DNA from: an uncultured Nitrospina sp.
Lineage (GTDB): Bacteria; Nitrospinota; Nitrospinia; Nitrospinales; VA-1
Length of the DNA: 64,000 nucleotides
NCBI GenBank assembly: GCA_964510965.1
Contig: CAZECX010000001.1
Span: 13,582-77,581 of the forward strand
Direction: 5' to 3'
The notes under the pieces were generated by a model. The model made no database searches and was not told the DNA's origin. It was given only the letters and a program-made list of their open reading frames with translations. Positions 20,429 to 31,767 of this stretch are shown in pieces. A program made the position numbers and the translations under genes. How positions within the stretch are numbered: position 1 is the stretch's first letter; the number at the start of each line of letters is the position of its first letter.

Positions 20429-21637
20429 ATGGAACAAAGAGGTCAAATTAATATCAGTTTCCTGAGTACCTCCTTTCCACGGTTTGATGGCGATTTCTCC
20501 GGAAACTTTGTTTATCGCTATGCACAGGAATTATGCAACCAAGGGGTTAAATTAGAAATCATTGCTCCAGATGACCCCGCATCTGTCCCCCTTTCAGAAA
20601 ACTTCAATGTGGTCCGTTTTCCATATTTTTATCCACTATCCTGGCAAAAACTTGCTTATAGATCGGGAATTATTAACAGAACCACTCTGTTAGCCTGGTC
20701 CCAGTTGCCATTCTTATTAATCAACTTCTTCCTCACCGCACTAAAGTCATCGCGCAAAACTCAACTCGTGCATGCTTTCTGGTCTGCTTCCGGATTAATT
20801 GCTATAGCAATCCGATGGTTTAAATCACGGCCCGTTGTTGTCACCTTATGGGGTTCCGATAAGCTTATCGCGCAGATCCCTATCCTCTCAAACCTGATAT
20901 TTTTAATTTTAAAAAAGGCTGACGCCATCATTTGCGAGGATAACAATTTAAAATCACTTTTAGTTTCAAGAGGATTCAATCCGGAAAAAATCTTTTTAAT
21001 TAGCAATGGGATTGATTTAAAGCTTTTCCAACCTCGGGACTCAGCTGAAACCAAAAAAAACCTGGGGTTGGACTCTGAGCAAAACATTATTCTTTCAACA
21101 GGAAGCCTGAATAAAACCAAAAACCACTCTTTACTTATTGATGCTTTTGCAGAATTAACCGCATCCAACGAATCCTGGCATTTATATATCATTGGTGAAG
21201 GAGAGGAGCGTTTGAATTTAGAAAAACAGATTATAGAATCAGAAATTTCCAAAAAAGTTAAGCTGCTGGGAATCAAGAACCACAACTCTCTTTCACAATG
21301 GCTGAATGCCGCAGATATTTTTGTCCTTCCGAGTCAAAATGAAGGGACCCCCAATGCTTTGCTGGAAGCAATGGCATGTGGTCTACCCGTAATTGCTTCG
21401 AAAGTTGGTGGTGTTCCAGAACTCATCCAAAATAATATTGAAGGGTTGCTCTTTGACAGAAATTCTAAAGAAGAATTGGTAGAAAAATTGAATCGTTTGA
21501 TCCAGGATAAGGAATTACAAAATACTCTTGGAATGGCAGCGGCAAAGAAGGTAAACAGTCATTATAACAGTTGGGAAAAACAAGCCGAAAAACTATTATC
21601 TATTTATCAGCGAATCCTTTCCTCACAAACAAATTAA
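20429..21637 (+). CDS. GT4-family glycosyltransferase
   Basis: C-terminal E-x7-E region PSQNEGTPNALLEAMACGLPVIASKVGG. ATG 20429 preferred over TTG 20423. Confidence 0.8.
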   Translation: MEQRGQINISFLSTSFPRFDGDFSGNFVYRYAQELCNQGVKLEIIAPDDPASVPLSENFNVVRFPYFYPLSWQKLAYRSGIINRTTLLAWSQLPFLLINFFLTALKSSRKTQLVHAFWSASGLIAIAIRWFKSRPVVVTLWGSDKLIAQIPILSNLIFLILKKADAIICEDNNLKSLLVSRGFNPEKIFLISNGIDLKLFQPRDSAETKKNLGLDSEQNIILSTGSLNKTKNHSLLIDAFAELTASNESWHLYIIGEGEERLNLEKQIIESEISKKVKLLGIKNHNSLSQWLNAADIFVLPSQNEGTPNALLEAMACGLPVIASKVGGVPELIQNNIEGLLFDRNSKEELVEKLNRLIQDKELQNTLGMAAAKKVNSHYNSWEKQAEKLLSIYQRILSSQTN

Positions 21638-22771
21638 ATGCTTCGAGTATTAACGATTTACTATAAACATAAGCCCGGTGGATTTTGCCGACGGTTACGT
21701 TTCAAAATCGAAGCATTTCTTGATAAAGGCTGGGAAGTTCATTACATAGCCGTTGAGCCCTACCCCTACACTCATCCCAATTTAAAGCCACATATTCTCC
21801 CCACACCCACCTCCAACCATGATTCTTTATTATTCTGGATTTATTTTTTTACTGTATCCCCTGTTGCGCTTGTATGGATAGGTATTAGAAATAAAATTAA
21901 TCTGATTACCACGGGCTCACCCCTTTATGCTTTTTTCTGTGCTCCTACAAAATATTTGCTGCAAATTCCCATGTTGACCTTAATTTTAATCAAACCTAAT
22001 TTCCATACCGAGTGGAAAGCCAGCCTGGGATATTTACGAAGACTTGAAATGTTTTTAGAAAGATTAGGTTTGAGATGGTCAAATATTTCACTCGCCAATT
22101 CACCAGGAAGCGGGGAAGCTTGGAAAAATCTTTATAGGCCAGGCGCGAAAAAAATTGAAATCCTTCCCAACCATGTCGATGCACCCATATTTGACAAATC
22201 CAGTCAAAGGCAAAAGATACTTGATGAATTCTCGTTAAACTCAGATTCTTTCATAATTACAAATACAGGACTACTGCAAAAGCGAAAAAACCTTGAGTGT
22301 TTAATTCATGCTTTAGAAGGAGTACATAATAAAAAAGTCATACTGCTACTGGTCGGCGAGGGAGAAGAAAAAGAATCGCTAATGAATTTAGCTGAGGCCA
22401 CTGGAACAACTGATAGAGTTATCTTTACAGGATGGAGAAAAGATGCCAGAGAATTGGTTCAGGGGGCTGATTTGTTTGTTTTCCCCTCTTTTAGAGAGGG
22501 TATGGCCGAATCCCTCTTAGAAGCCACAACCTGCGAACTACCCTGCCTGGTAAGTTCCATTTCAGAAAACATAGACGTTATTCAAAATACTGAACAACAT
22601 TTTCCGCCGGACTCCCCGAAAATTCTTTCGGATAAAATCACTCGGCTGATCGAAGATAAGGAATATTATCGGAAACTTTGCGAGTCAACAAACAAAGATA
22701 AAAATCGATTTGTTTTTAACTGGCAAGAAAAATTTATTGAGTATGTGGAAAAAATATTGGTAAAGAGTTAA
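21638..22771 (+). CDS. GT4-family glycosyltransferase
   Basis: ATG directly abuts the previous stop. PSFREGMAESLLEATTCELPCLVSS is a GT4 E-x7-E region. Confidence 0.75.
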   Translation: MLRVLTIYYKHKPGGFCRRLRFKIEAFLDKGWEVHYIAVEPYPYTHPNLKPHILPTPTSNHDSLLFWIYFFTVSPVALVWIGIRNKINLITTGSPLYAFFCAPTKYLLQIPMLTLILIKPNFHTEWKASLGYLRRLEMFLERLGLRWSNISLANSPGSGEAWKNLYRPGAKKIEILPNHVDAPIFDKSSQRQKILDEFSLNSDSFIITNTGLLQKRKNLECLIHALEGVHNKKVILLLVGEGEEKESLMNLAEATGTTDRVIFTGWRKDARELVQGADLFVFPSFREGMAESLLEATTCELPCLVSSISENIDVIQNTEQHFPPDSPKILSDKITRLIEDKEYYRKLCESTNKDKNRFVFNWQEKFIEYVEKILVKS

Positions 22772-23547
22772 GCCCGTAAACGATTAACATATCGAATGGT
22801 TTCAGACGAATATTTCCCCGTAACTTGTGGCAAAACCGCTGCAACTTGATCCCATGCCTCTACTTTGCCGACTTTTTCCATAGCCTTGCCAATATTACCC
22901 ATTCCTGCATTATAAGCACCAGCGGCAAAATTCCAGGCTTCATCTTGTGAAATTCCTTCTCCGGTATATTTATCAAAAAGTTTTCTCAGGTACCTTGCGG
23001 AAGCATCCAGATTAGATTCCGGATGCAAGACCGACCCAATAGAACGGTCTTCTTTTAAATTGAGGCCCAGTTCTTTTGCGGTGGCCGGCATCAATTGACC
23101 GAGACCCATCGCGCCTCTAGGACTTTTGGCTTCAGTATCAAAGGAAGACTCCGTTTGAATTAATTTTTGAAACAATGATTCGGGAACATTATTTTTATTA
23201 GCAACTCGATTTGCAAGCTCAGTGAGTGAATCTTTATTCGACGAAGTTGAATTGAACTCAGAGATACTTGCCCTCTTATAGCTTTGCAGCATCTGTTGCT
23301 TATTCAAATTTGCCCCGGGTGTTGGTACATTATGAGCATTATTTAAATTTAATAAAGTTTCAGTGAAGTTGGGACTGTTTAGGCCTGTGGAAGAAGCTGA
23401 TTTCGAGGGATTCCAAGCTTGGATCATATTTAATTGGTGTTTTATGAGAAGAGAATAAAACCTGTTTTTAGACAGTTTTTCTTTTGGAGATGTTGGCGAA
23501 GAACTAATTACCGACTGCATTCGTTCTATTAGATTGAAATCAATCAT
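22768..23547 (-). CDS. Lytic transglycosylase (SLT domain)
   Basis: C-terminal IQTESSFDTEAKSPRGAMGLGQLMPATA...AGAYNAG is an SLT catalytic core. The N-terminal half is low-complexity. Confidence 0.75.
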   Translation of the reverse strand: MIDFNLIERMQSVISSSPTSPKEKLSKNRFYSLLIKHQLNMIQAWNPSKSASSTGLNSPNFTETLLNLNNAHNVPTPGANLNKQQMLQSYKRASISEFNSTSSNKDSLTELANRVANKNNVPESLFQKLIQTESSFDTEAKSPRGAMGLGQLMPATAKELGLNLKEDRSIGSVLHPESNLDASARYLRKLFDKYTGEGISQDEAWNFAAGAYNAGMGNIGKAMEKVGKVEAWDQVAAVLPQVTGKYSSETIRYVNRLRA

Positions 23548-23733
23548 TATCTTCCCTATGGCAATTTTTTGACATATAGATCTTTAAAAGCAAACCGCGT
23601 GCCAATAAGTACTTAAAACCCTTCTAACCTTGCAATTTATGCCATTTCAACGATTAGTATAGAAAAATCCTCCTAATCTATAGCAAAATATTCCAAATTT
23701 TAGCGTTAGGGTAGATAATCAGGAACGGGGAGC

Positions 23734-24618
23734 TTAAAGTCCCACTAAACCCACAGCTTGGGCCTGTTGATCAGCCAAATATGAACTACGCACTAAAGGA
23801 CCTGCCTCTACATGCGCCAACCCCAAAGACTCACCAATGTTTTTGTAGATTAAGAATTGATCTGGATGGATGAATTCAACAACTTCAAGATGCTGAGGGG
23901 ATGGACGAAGATATTGGCCTAGAGAAAGAATTTGGCAACCCACATCCACAAGGTTCTTCATAGAACGAATTACCTCTTCTTCTTTTTCCCCCAGTCCTAA
24001 CATAAGGCTACTTTTTACTATTAGATTGTTTTTACTAGCAGCTATTCTTAGGGTATCCAAAGACCAGGCATATCGGCATTGGGGACGAATCCTGTTTTGC
24101 AACGATTCTACGGTTTCAAGGTTATGTGCAAGAACATCAGGTTCAGCCTCGCAAATTTTTTCAACCAAACTCATCTTCCCCTGAAAATCAGGAATTAAAG
24201 TTTCAATTTTCATTTGCGGACATTGCTTGCGAATGAGCTGAATGGTTTTAACCCAATGCTCTGCCCCGCCATCTGTCAAGTCATCTCTATCTACTGAGGT
24301 AATAACCGCATATCGGAGGTTTAATTTTGCGAGAGTCTCAGCAATTTGTTTTGGTTCGTTAGGATTAGGAGCCGCCAGATTTCCAGTAGGCACATCACAG
24401 AATCTGCAAGCGCGGCTACAGGTATCTCCAAGAATCATAAAGGTAAGCGTACCCGCGTCCCAACATTCACCAATGTTTGGACATGATGCAGACTCACATA
24501 CTGTATTCAAATTATGCTTTTGAACCAGTGATTTTAGCTGAAAAAAATTTTTGTTCTTTGGAAGTGAAGATTTTAACCATTCTGGCAATCGCCGTGACTT
24601 TTTTAATTTTTCAGTCAT
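23734..24618 (-). CDS. lipA: Lipoyl synthase
   Basis: CESASCPNIGECW auxiliary cluster and CSRACRFC radical-SAM cluster. Confidence 0.9.
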   Translation of the reverse strand: MTEKLKKSRRLPEWLKSSLPKNKNFFQLKSLVQKHNLNTVCESASCPNIGECWDAGTLTFMILGDTCSRACRFCDVPTGNLAAPNPNEPKQIAETLAKLNLRYAVITSVDRDDLTDGGAEHWVKTIQLIRKQCPQMKIETLIPDFQGKMSLVEKICEAEPDVLAHNLETVESLQNRIRPQCRYAWSLDTLRIAASKNNLIVKSSLMLGLGEKEEEVIRSMKNLVDVGCQILSLGQYLRPSPQHLEVVEFIHPDQFLIYKNIGESLGLAHVEAGPLVRSSYLADQQAQAVGLVGL

Positions 24619-24751
24619 GATTTTTTAGAATAATGGGGAAACGAAAACATTTAAAGATTGTAGTATAATAAGAGTATTGAGCTTAAGGAAGGCCCCCTTC
24701 CCTACCTTAACTTACCAAATAATTTGTTTTTCAAAAGGATTCTCTTACCGC

Positions 24752-26044
24752 ATGTTTTTCAAAACTATCGACAGATATATCTTAAAAGAGCTATTTAAGC
24801 TTTTCGTCATTAGTGCAGGTGCATTGACAACCATTTTATACCTAGATAAATTTCTATTCATGGCAGAGATGATTGTGAATCGTGGCGTCACATTTATGGA
24901 AATGGTAATGATGATGACTTATATTTCACCTGCATTCCTTGCCTTGACCATACCGATAGGTGTTTTGTTGGCATCTGTGGTTACTTTCAATCAGTTTTCA
25001 GCAAATAATGAATGGATAGCCATGAAAGCATGCAACTGGAGTTTTCTGGAGTTGATGAAACCGGTCGCCTGCTTTGCCTTCATAGCCTATATTTTAGCTA
25101 ATATTATAATGTTTTGGGCAATACCCTGGGGAAACCAATCCTACAAAATATTAATATACGATATAATTAAAAACCGGGCAAATGTGGATATTAAGCCGAA
25201 TGTTTTTAACAAAGATTTTAAAGACCTGATTCTTATGGTCAAAGAACGCAATCAGAATTCTTTGTTAAAAGGGGTATTCATTGCTGATACAAGTCATGAT
25301 GAATCACCTCAAATCATTACCTCGGATGAAGGCGTAATTTACTCCAATCCCAAAACACTCAAGATCCAATTAAAACTAAATAAGGGAACCATCCATGAAT
25401 TGAGCAAGGAACGTGGAAATTATCAGACCTTGAATTTTGATCGATATGACATCACATTGAGCCTGCCAGGGGCAGAGAAAGTAGAACACACAAAAATTGG
25501 ACAAAAAGCTTTAGTAGGGAATAAGGAACTTTCTCTCGATAAAATAAGAGAAAGAATACTAGATCTTAAAAAAAAGGGACTCCCTACAGCAGGTGCAGAG
25601 GTTGAAATCAGCAAAAAATTCTCCCTACCCTTTACCTGCCTATTGTTCGCCTTTTTTGGTGCGCCTCTAGGTGTTAAATCGAGTCGTTCGGGAAAATCTG
25701 GGAGCTTTGGAATTACCGTATTGGTAATTTTGCTCTATTATATCGCATTGATAATGACACAAAATTTAGGCCGTATTGGAGAAATCCATGCATACACATC
25801 GGTGTGGATCCCCAATATGATTCTTTTGATTCTTGTGGTTTATACAAGTTATAAAATGCAAAAAGAAGTACCCTTTAAAGCATTGGATAAAATAAATGAC
25901 CTATTTATGACTACATATGAATTTTTCAAGGGCCTCTTTAAAAAGAATACCAGGTCGAAAATTTCTATTAAAAAAGTCCAATCAAAACCGGCGTCGCTTG
26001 ATGCAATATCTGAATTGCGAAAAGAAGCAATTGATAAAAAATAA
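24752..26044 (+). CDS. LptF/LptG-family (YjgP/YjgQ) LPS export permease
   Basis: MFFKTIDRYILKELFKLF N-terminus, 3 TM helices, a periplasmic beta-jellyroll, then 3 TM helices. ATG 24752 preferred. Only one copy is present in the window. Confidence 0.75.
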   Translation: MFFKTIDRYILKELFKLFVISAGALTTILYLDKFLFMAEMIVNRGVTFMEMVMMMTYISPAFLALTIPIGVLLASVVTFNQFSANNEWIAMKACNWSFLELMKPVACFAFIAYILANIIMFWAIPWGNQSYKILIYDIIKNRANVDIKPNVFNKDFKDLILMVKERNQNSLLKGVFIADTSHDESPQIITSDEGVIYSNPKTLKIQLKLNKGTIHELSKERGNYQTLNFDRYDITLSLPGAEKVEHTKIGQKALVGNKELSLDKIRERILDLKKKGLPTAGAEVEISKKFSLPFTCLLFAFFGAPLGVKSSRSGKSGSFGITVLVILLYYIALIMTQNLGRIGEIHAYTSVWIPNMILLILVVYTSYKMQKEVPFKALDKINDLFMTTYEFFKGLFKKNTRSKISIKKVQSKPASLDAISELRKEAIDKK

Positions 26045-26083
26045 CTCACTATATAAACAAATTATCCAGACTGGAGAATTAAA

Positions 26084-26530
26084 GTGAAAATCGCAGAAGA
26101 GATAATGACCCGAGCGGTAGTAACCGTAAACAAAAATTTAGCCATAAAAGAATTATCCAAGCTTTTCATTGAAAATCGTTTCAACGGTGTTCCTGTTGTG
26201 GATGACGATGATAACGTTATTGGAGTGGTTACTCAGGGGGATTTAATCGAGCAGAACAAAAATCTGCATATCCCCACTGTCATCACTTTGTTCGATGCGG
26301 TTTTATTTCTCGACAGTGAAAAGAAATTTGAATCCGATGTAAAAAAACTAACAGGAACCACAGTGGAAGATATTTATCACAAACATGCAATATCCGTTGG
26401 CCCGACAACCAGCATCAGTGAAATCACAACCCTGATGGCAGAAAAGGATATCCATACCCTCCCTGTCCTGGATGACGATAAACTTGTAGGCGTTATCGGA
26501 AAACGAGATGTCATTCGCGCTCTGGCATAA
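26084..26530 (+). CDS. CBS-pair domain protein
   Basis: 148 aa. GTG start 7 nt after GGAGAA. Two CBS motifs (GVPVVDDDDNVIGVVTQGDL and TLPVLDDDKLVGVIGKRDV). Confidence 0.7.
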   Translation: MKIAEEIMTRAVVTVNKNLAIKELSKLFIENRFNGVPVVDDDDNVIGVVTQGDLIEQNKNLHIPTVITLFDAVLFLDSEKKFESDVKKLTGTTVEDIYHKHAISVGPTTSISEITTLMAEKDIHTLPVLDDDKLVGVIGKRDVIRALA

Positions 26531-26544
26531 ATCGACCAAATGCA

Positions 26545-28179
<1,635 letters not shown>

Positions 28180-28196
28180 TTACGTTCCTCGACGGC

Positions 28197-28976
28197 TCAA
28201 ATTTCAGGAGAAAGGGCTAACTGTTTTTCTATTATTTTAATATCTGCTTGCGAGTCTACACCGATTGAATCTAATTGGGTTTCGACAACTTTAATTAGAA
28301 ATCCGTTTTCCAGAATTCTTAACTGCTCCAATTTTTCAATCTTTTCTAGAGGGGATGTAGGCAATGAAGAATATTCCAACAGAAATTGTTTTCGGTAGGC
28401 ATAAAGCCCAATATGTTTAAACCACTTTGATGAAGATAAGCTTGAAAAGTTATCCATACCTTCTGACCATGAATCGCGATCCCAGGGTATGGGAGCTTTT
28501 GAAAAATATAATGCTGAGTCAAACCTATCAACCACTACTTTGGTAATATTTTTATTCAACAAATCATTCGTATCTTGAATCAATATTCTTAAGCTTGTTA
28601 CAGATATTGATGAATCCTCTATTAACGGTTTGACCACCTGGTCAATGTTCTGGGGAGGAATTAAAGGCTCATCACCCTGAACATTTACTACAATATCACA
28701 GTCTCTTTCACGAGCCACTTCTGCGACTCTATCTGTTCCTGATTCGTGACCAGCAGAAGTCATGATTGCCGTGCCGCCATTTTCTTCAACCAAGTTTAGA
28801 ATACGGGAATCATCTGTAGCCACAATTACTTCGGAAACACTTTTTGCTTTTTTAGCCTGCTCAACCACTCTTTGAACCATAGGCACACCGGAAATATTTG
28901 CGAGCGGTTTTCCAGGGAACCGGGATGAAGCCCAACGCGCCGGAATAATAACTAATACCCTAGGCTCAGTAAGCAT
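28197..28976 (-). CDS. kdsB: 3-deoxy-manno-octulosonate cytidylyltransferase
   Basis: VIIPARWASSRFPGKPL and VNVQGDEP motifs. Confidence 0.9.
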   Translation of the reverse strand: MLTEPRVLVIIPARWASSRFPGKPLANISGVPMVQRVVEQAKKAKSVSEVIVATDDSRILNLVEENGGTAIMTSAGHESGTDRVAEVARERDCDIVVNVQGDEPLIPPQNIDQVVKPLIEDSSISVTSLRILIQDTNDLLNKNITKVVVDRFDSALYFSKAPIPWDRDSWSEGMDNFSSLSSSKWFKHIGLYAYRKQFLLEYSSLPTSPLEKIEKLEQLRILENGFLIKVVETQLDSIGVDSQADIKIIEKQLALSPEI

Positions 28977-30378
28977 GCCGATTTATCAAACCCTTCCAAA
29001 TGGTTAAAAAAAGAATTTTAATATCAAATATTAATGACCAGTTTTTAATATAATATAGATCGAATTCTATCCGCTTTTCCAAAGACGTATTTCCACGCCA
29101 GCCATTTACCTGTGCCCATCCAGTTAAGCCTGCCTTCATTTTTAATCGGAGCATGTAGAATGGTATGGATTTTTTAAATTCGTCCACAAATACAGGCCTC
29201 TCAGGTCGCGGTCCGACTAAACTCATCTGCCCCATAAACACATTAAATAATTGAGGTAGCTCATCCAGGCTGGTCCTTCGTAAAAAAGATCCTACAGGAG
29301 TTTTTCTATCATCATCTTCCTTCGCCCAAACAGGTCCCGTTTTATTTTCCGCACCTATTTTCATCGACCGAAACTTGTGCATCATAAAAACATCTCTATC
29401 CAATCCCATTCTTTCCTGTTTATACAGCAAGGGTCCACGGGATCCAAGTTTGACGGCTATCGCTATTAAAATCATCAACGGAAAGGTTATTAGAATTGCC
29501 AATCCAGAAAGCACAATATCAGAAACACGCTTCAAAACGGTATTCCAACCGTAAAGAGGAGACTCTGTCAGGTTAATCACCGGCATTCCATCCAGGTCTT
29601 CAATCCCAGATTGCAAATCTATATAGCGTAGTAAATCGGGAACAAGTTTAATGTCCACAGTTTCTTCTTCTAAACTTGCTAAAATTTTCTGCAATCGATC
29701 ATGAGCGTTTAAAGGTAGCGCAATAAAAAGCTGATCCACCTCATTTTCTTTTATAATTCGATTCAAATCTTCATAGAGCCCAAGTACCTTATATCCTTCT
29801 AATTCTGAACCCACTTTTTCCATTTCGTGAGTTAAATAACCGACCACGGAGAACCCAATTTCGGGGTACAGATTGAGTTTTTGCACAACTTTTTGTCCTA
29901 ACTCTCCTGCCCCAACCACGAGAACATTCCTCAGGTTCATTCCACGACCATGCATTTCCTTTACCAGGAACCGCGTAAATCGGTGCGATACAAATAAAAA
30001 AATATTGGCAAAAACCCAAAAATAAACAGCCATAATCCGCGAAAAAGAAAGCTCGCGGTAAAAGAAGGTCCCGGCGGTTAATAGAAGAACGGAAAGAGAA
30101 GTTAACTTTAAGATAGAAAAATATTCACTGGTAGGAGAATTCCTGCTTATAGGCTTATCATGATCCAAAATCCTGCTGTTTACATGAAAAACCAACCAAA
30201 TGGGTAGAAGCGCATAAAGATACATATTCTCAACGGGAGGGCTACCTGCTGCTGAAAAAAGCTCTAACTCAAACCTGACTAAATAAGCAAACAACCAAGC
30301 AAGGGCAACAGCAAAACTGTTGAAAAAAAATATTGCCGTTGAATAAACCTGACTATGTTTTCTTATCAATGCCATCAC
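28966..30378 (-). CDS. Polyprenyl-phosphate hexose-1-phosphate transferase (WbaP/WcaJ type)
   Basis: 470 aa. N-terminal TM block, a central Rossmann-like region, and a C-terminal bacterial sugar transferase domain (LDELPQLFNV, LVGPRPERP). Overlaps kdsB by 11 nt. Confidence 0.85.
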   Translation of the reverse strand: MMALIRKHSQVYSTAIFFFNSFAVALAWLFAYLVRFELELFSAAGSPPVENMYLYALLPIWLVFHVNSRILDHDKPISRNSPTSEYFSILKLTSLSVLLLTAGTFFYRELSFSRIMAVYFWVFANIFLFVSHRFTRFLVKEMHGRGMNLRNVLVVGAGELGQKVVQKLNLYPEIGFSVVGYLTHEMEKVGSELEGYKVLGLYEDLNRIIKENEVDQLFIALPLNAHDRLQKILASLEEETVDIKLVPDLLRYIDLQSGIEDLDGMPVINLTESPLYGWNTVLKRVSDIVLSGLAILITFPLMILIAIAVKLGSRGPLLYKQERMGLDRDVFMMHKFRSMKIGAENKTGPVWAKEDDDRKTPVGSFLRRTSLDELPQLFNVFMGQMSLVGPRPERPVFVDEFKKSIPFYMLRLKMKAGLTGWAQVNGWRGNTSLEKRIEFDLYYIKNWSLIFDIKILFLTIWKGLINRHAY

Positions 30379-30503
30379 TAAATTTATATTTGAAATTTAC
30401 CAGCAATCAAAAGCTACGGGGAAATGACTAAGAACGAGTTGCTCAGAAACTTCTGGAGCTCTCTAAAGAAGAAACGGGATATTAAAGCCAAGGGACAAGT
30501 AAC

Positions 30504-30529
30504 AAAAAAACAGACGCAAACCAGTCTGT
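30504..30529 (-). terminator. Weak candidate rho-independent terminator
   Basis: Minus strand reads ACAGAC-tggtttgc-GTCTGT-TTTTTT, 86 nt downstream of the stop at 30615. The stem is only 6 bp. Confidence 0.3.
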
Positions 30530-30614
30530 CTACCACAGCTTTAATGGATGGAGGATAACCTAATTCGGGGTTTGCTTCAACCGCTAAGATGGATCGAAAT
30601 TTACAAAAAAATGC

Positions 30615-31619
30615 CTATTGAATACGGTTCAATTGAGCCAGAATCTTGCCCCGTACCTCGGCTGTGGGATTTCTTTTTAAAGCACCTTCCAGTACTTCAA
30701 TAGCTCTACTGGTTTCCCCTTTCTTGGAGTAGCTCACTCCAAGCATATAGCGAGAATCATGCACCTTGTTGCCACGCGGATATTTGTTTAAAACGGTTTC
30801 AAATTGCAGGATAGCATCGTCAAACATTTCCAGCGCCAAATAGTTGCTGCCTATCCAAAATGCAATATTATCTTTTAGCTGATTTGGGGGATTGCTAAGC
30901 GCAAGATTTTGAAATAACAAAATAGACTCATCATAATTTCTACTGCGATATGCAGATAGTGCCCGGTCATATTCTGCGGGGGTTTTCATTTTAGAACGAC
31001 GCCTTTTTGATCGATTCATTTTCGGCGAGTGCGATTTTTGCATTTTAATCCGCGAAATTTCTTCGTTCAATCTTGCCATCTGCGCTTTTAGATCTTCCAC
31101 TTCTGGCTCAAGAAAATCGGTCGAGTCGGAAGCAGAGGAAACGCCCCCTTCTATGCGTTCGGTCGCAGCATCAATTTTGGGTTCTAATGTGCTAAGAATT
31201 TCTTCTAATTCTCTCACTTTACTGATTAGAGCCTCTTGCTGATTTTGCAGACTTTCTACATCTCCTTTGAGTTCGCCTTTATCCGTCCTCTGGTCCACGC
31301 TTGCGAAACCATCGGAGTCATCATCTGCAAATCCCTCATCGTCCTCCATCCCATCGGATTCAGAAAATGAATCATCTTCTGCAAAAAAGTCATCCTCGAT
31401 GCTGCTTTCGCGACTGGCTCTTTTTCCCCGCCCACGTTTTGGTCTTTCATCCGCGAATTCCTCATCTTCAAAAGGGAAATCCTCTTCAAACGCAAGATCG
31501 TCCTCTTCATCTCCTACCCAGGGCAAATAACTACAACCGCCCAAAAACAGAGGAAACGATAAAAAGATTACCAGTGCGAGGCGTGCTAAAAAGGTGACCG
31601 GTGGCATGTTTTTCTCCAT
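30615..31619 (-). CDS. YbgF/CpoB-like lipoprotein with acidic low-complexity region
   Basis: Possible lipobox FLGGC. An Asp/Glu/Phe-rich segment, then a coiled coil (LQNQQEALISKVRELEEIL, VEDLKAQMARLNEEISRIK), then C-terminal YbgF-type TPRs (YDRALSAYRSRNYDESILLFQNL...KYPRGNKVHDSRYMLG). Confidence 0.6.
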   Translation of the reverse strand: MEKNMPPVTFLARLALVIFLSFPLFLGGCSYLPWVGDEEDDLAFEEDFPFEDEEFADERPKRGRGKRASRESSIEDDFFAEDDSFSESDGMEDDEGFADDDSDGFASVDQRTDKGELKGDVESLQNQQEALISKVRELEEILSTLEPKIDAATERIEGGVSSASDSTDFLEPEVEDLKAQMARLNEEISRIKMQKSHSPKMNRSKRRRSKMKTPAEYDRALSAYRSRNYDESILLFQNLALSNPPNQLKDNIAFWIGSNYLALEMFDDAILQFETVLNKYPRGNKVHDSRYMLGVSYSKKGETSRAIEVLEGALKRNPTAEVRGKILAQLNRIQ

Positions 31620-31767
31620 ACAAATTCGGTTGGGACAGTGTTATCCCTTAATAATCAATGAATTATATTGGGTTGTCAGATTTTTGTCAATACAATAATC
31701 CAAGCCACAATATTCTATAATTTCTATTATTTATCGAATAACTGGCCGTTTTCCATTAGCTTTCTCA

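Noticed and set aside
31267-31597. Ser-rich plus-strand ORFs opposite the acidic region of the YbgF-like gene
   Set aside because: They are the complement of GAN/GAA-rich codons and are an artefact of low-complexity sequence.
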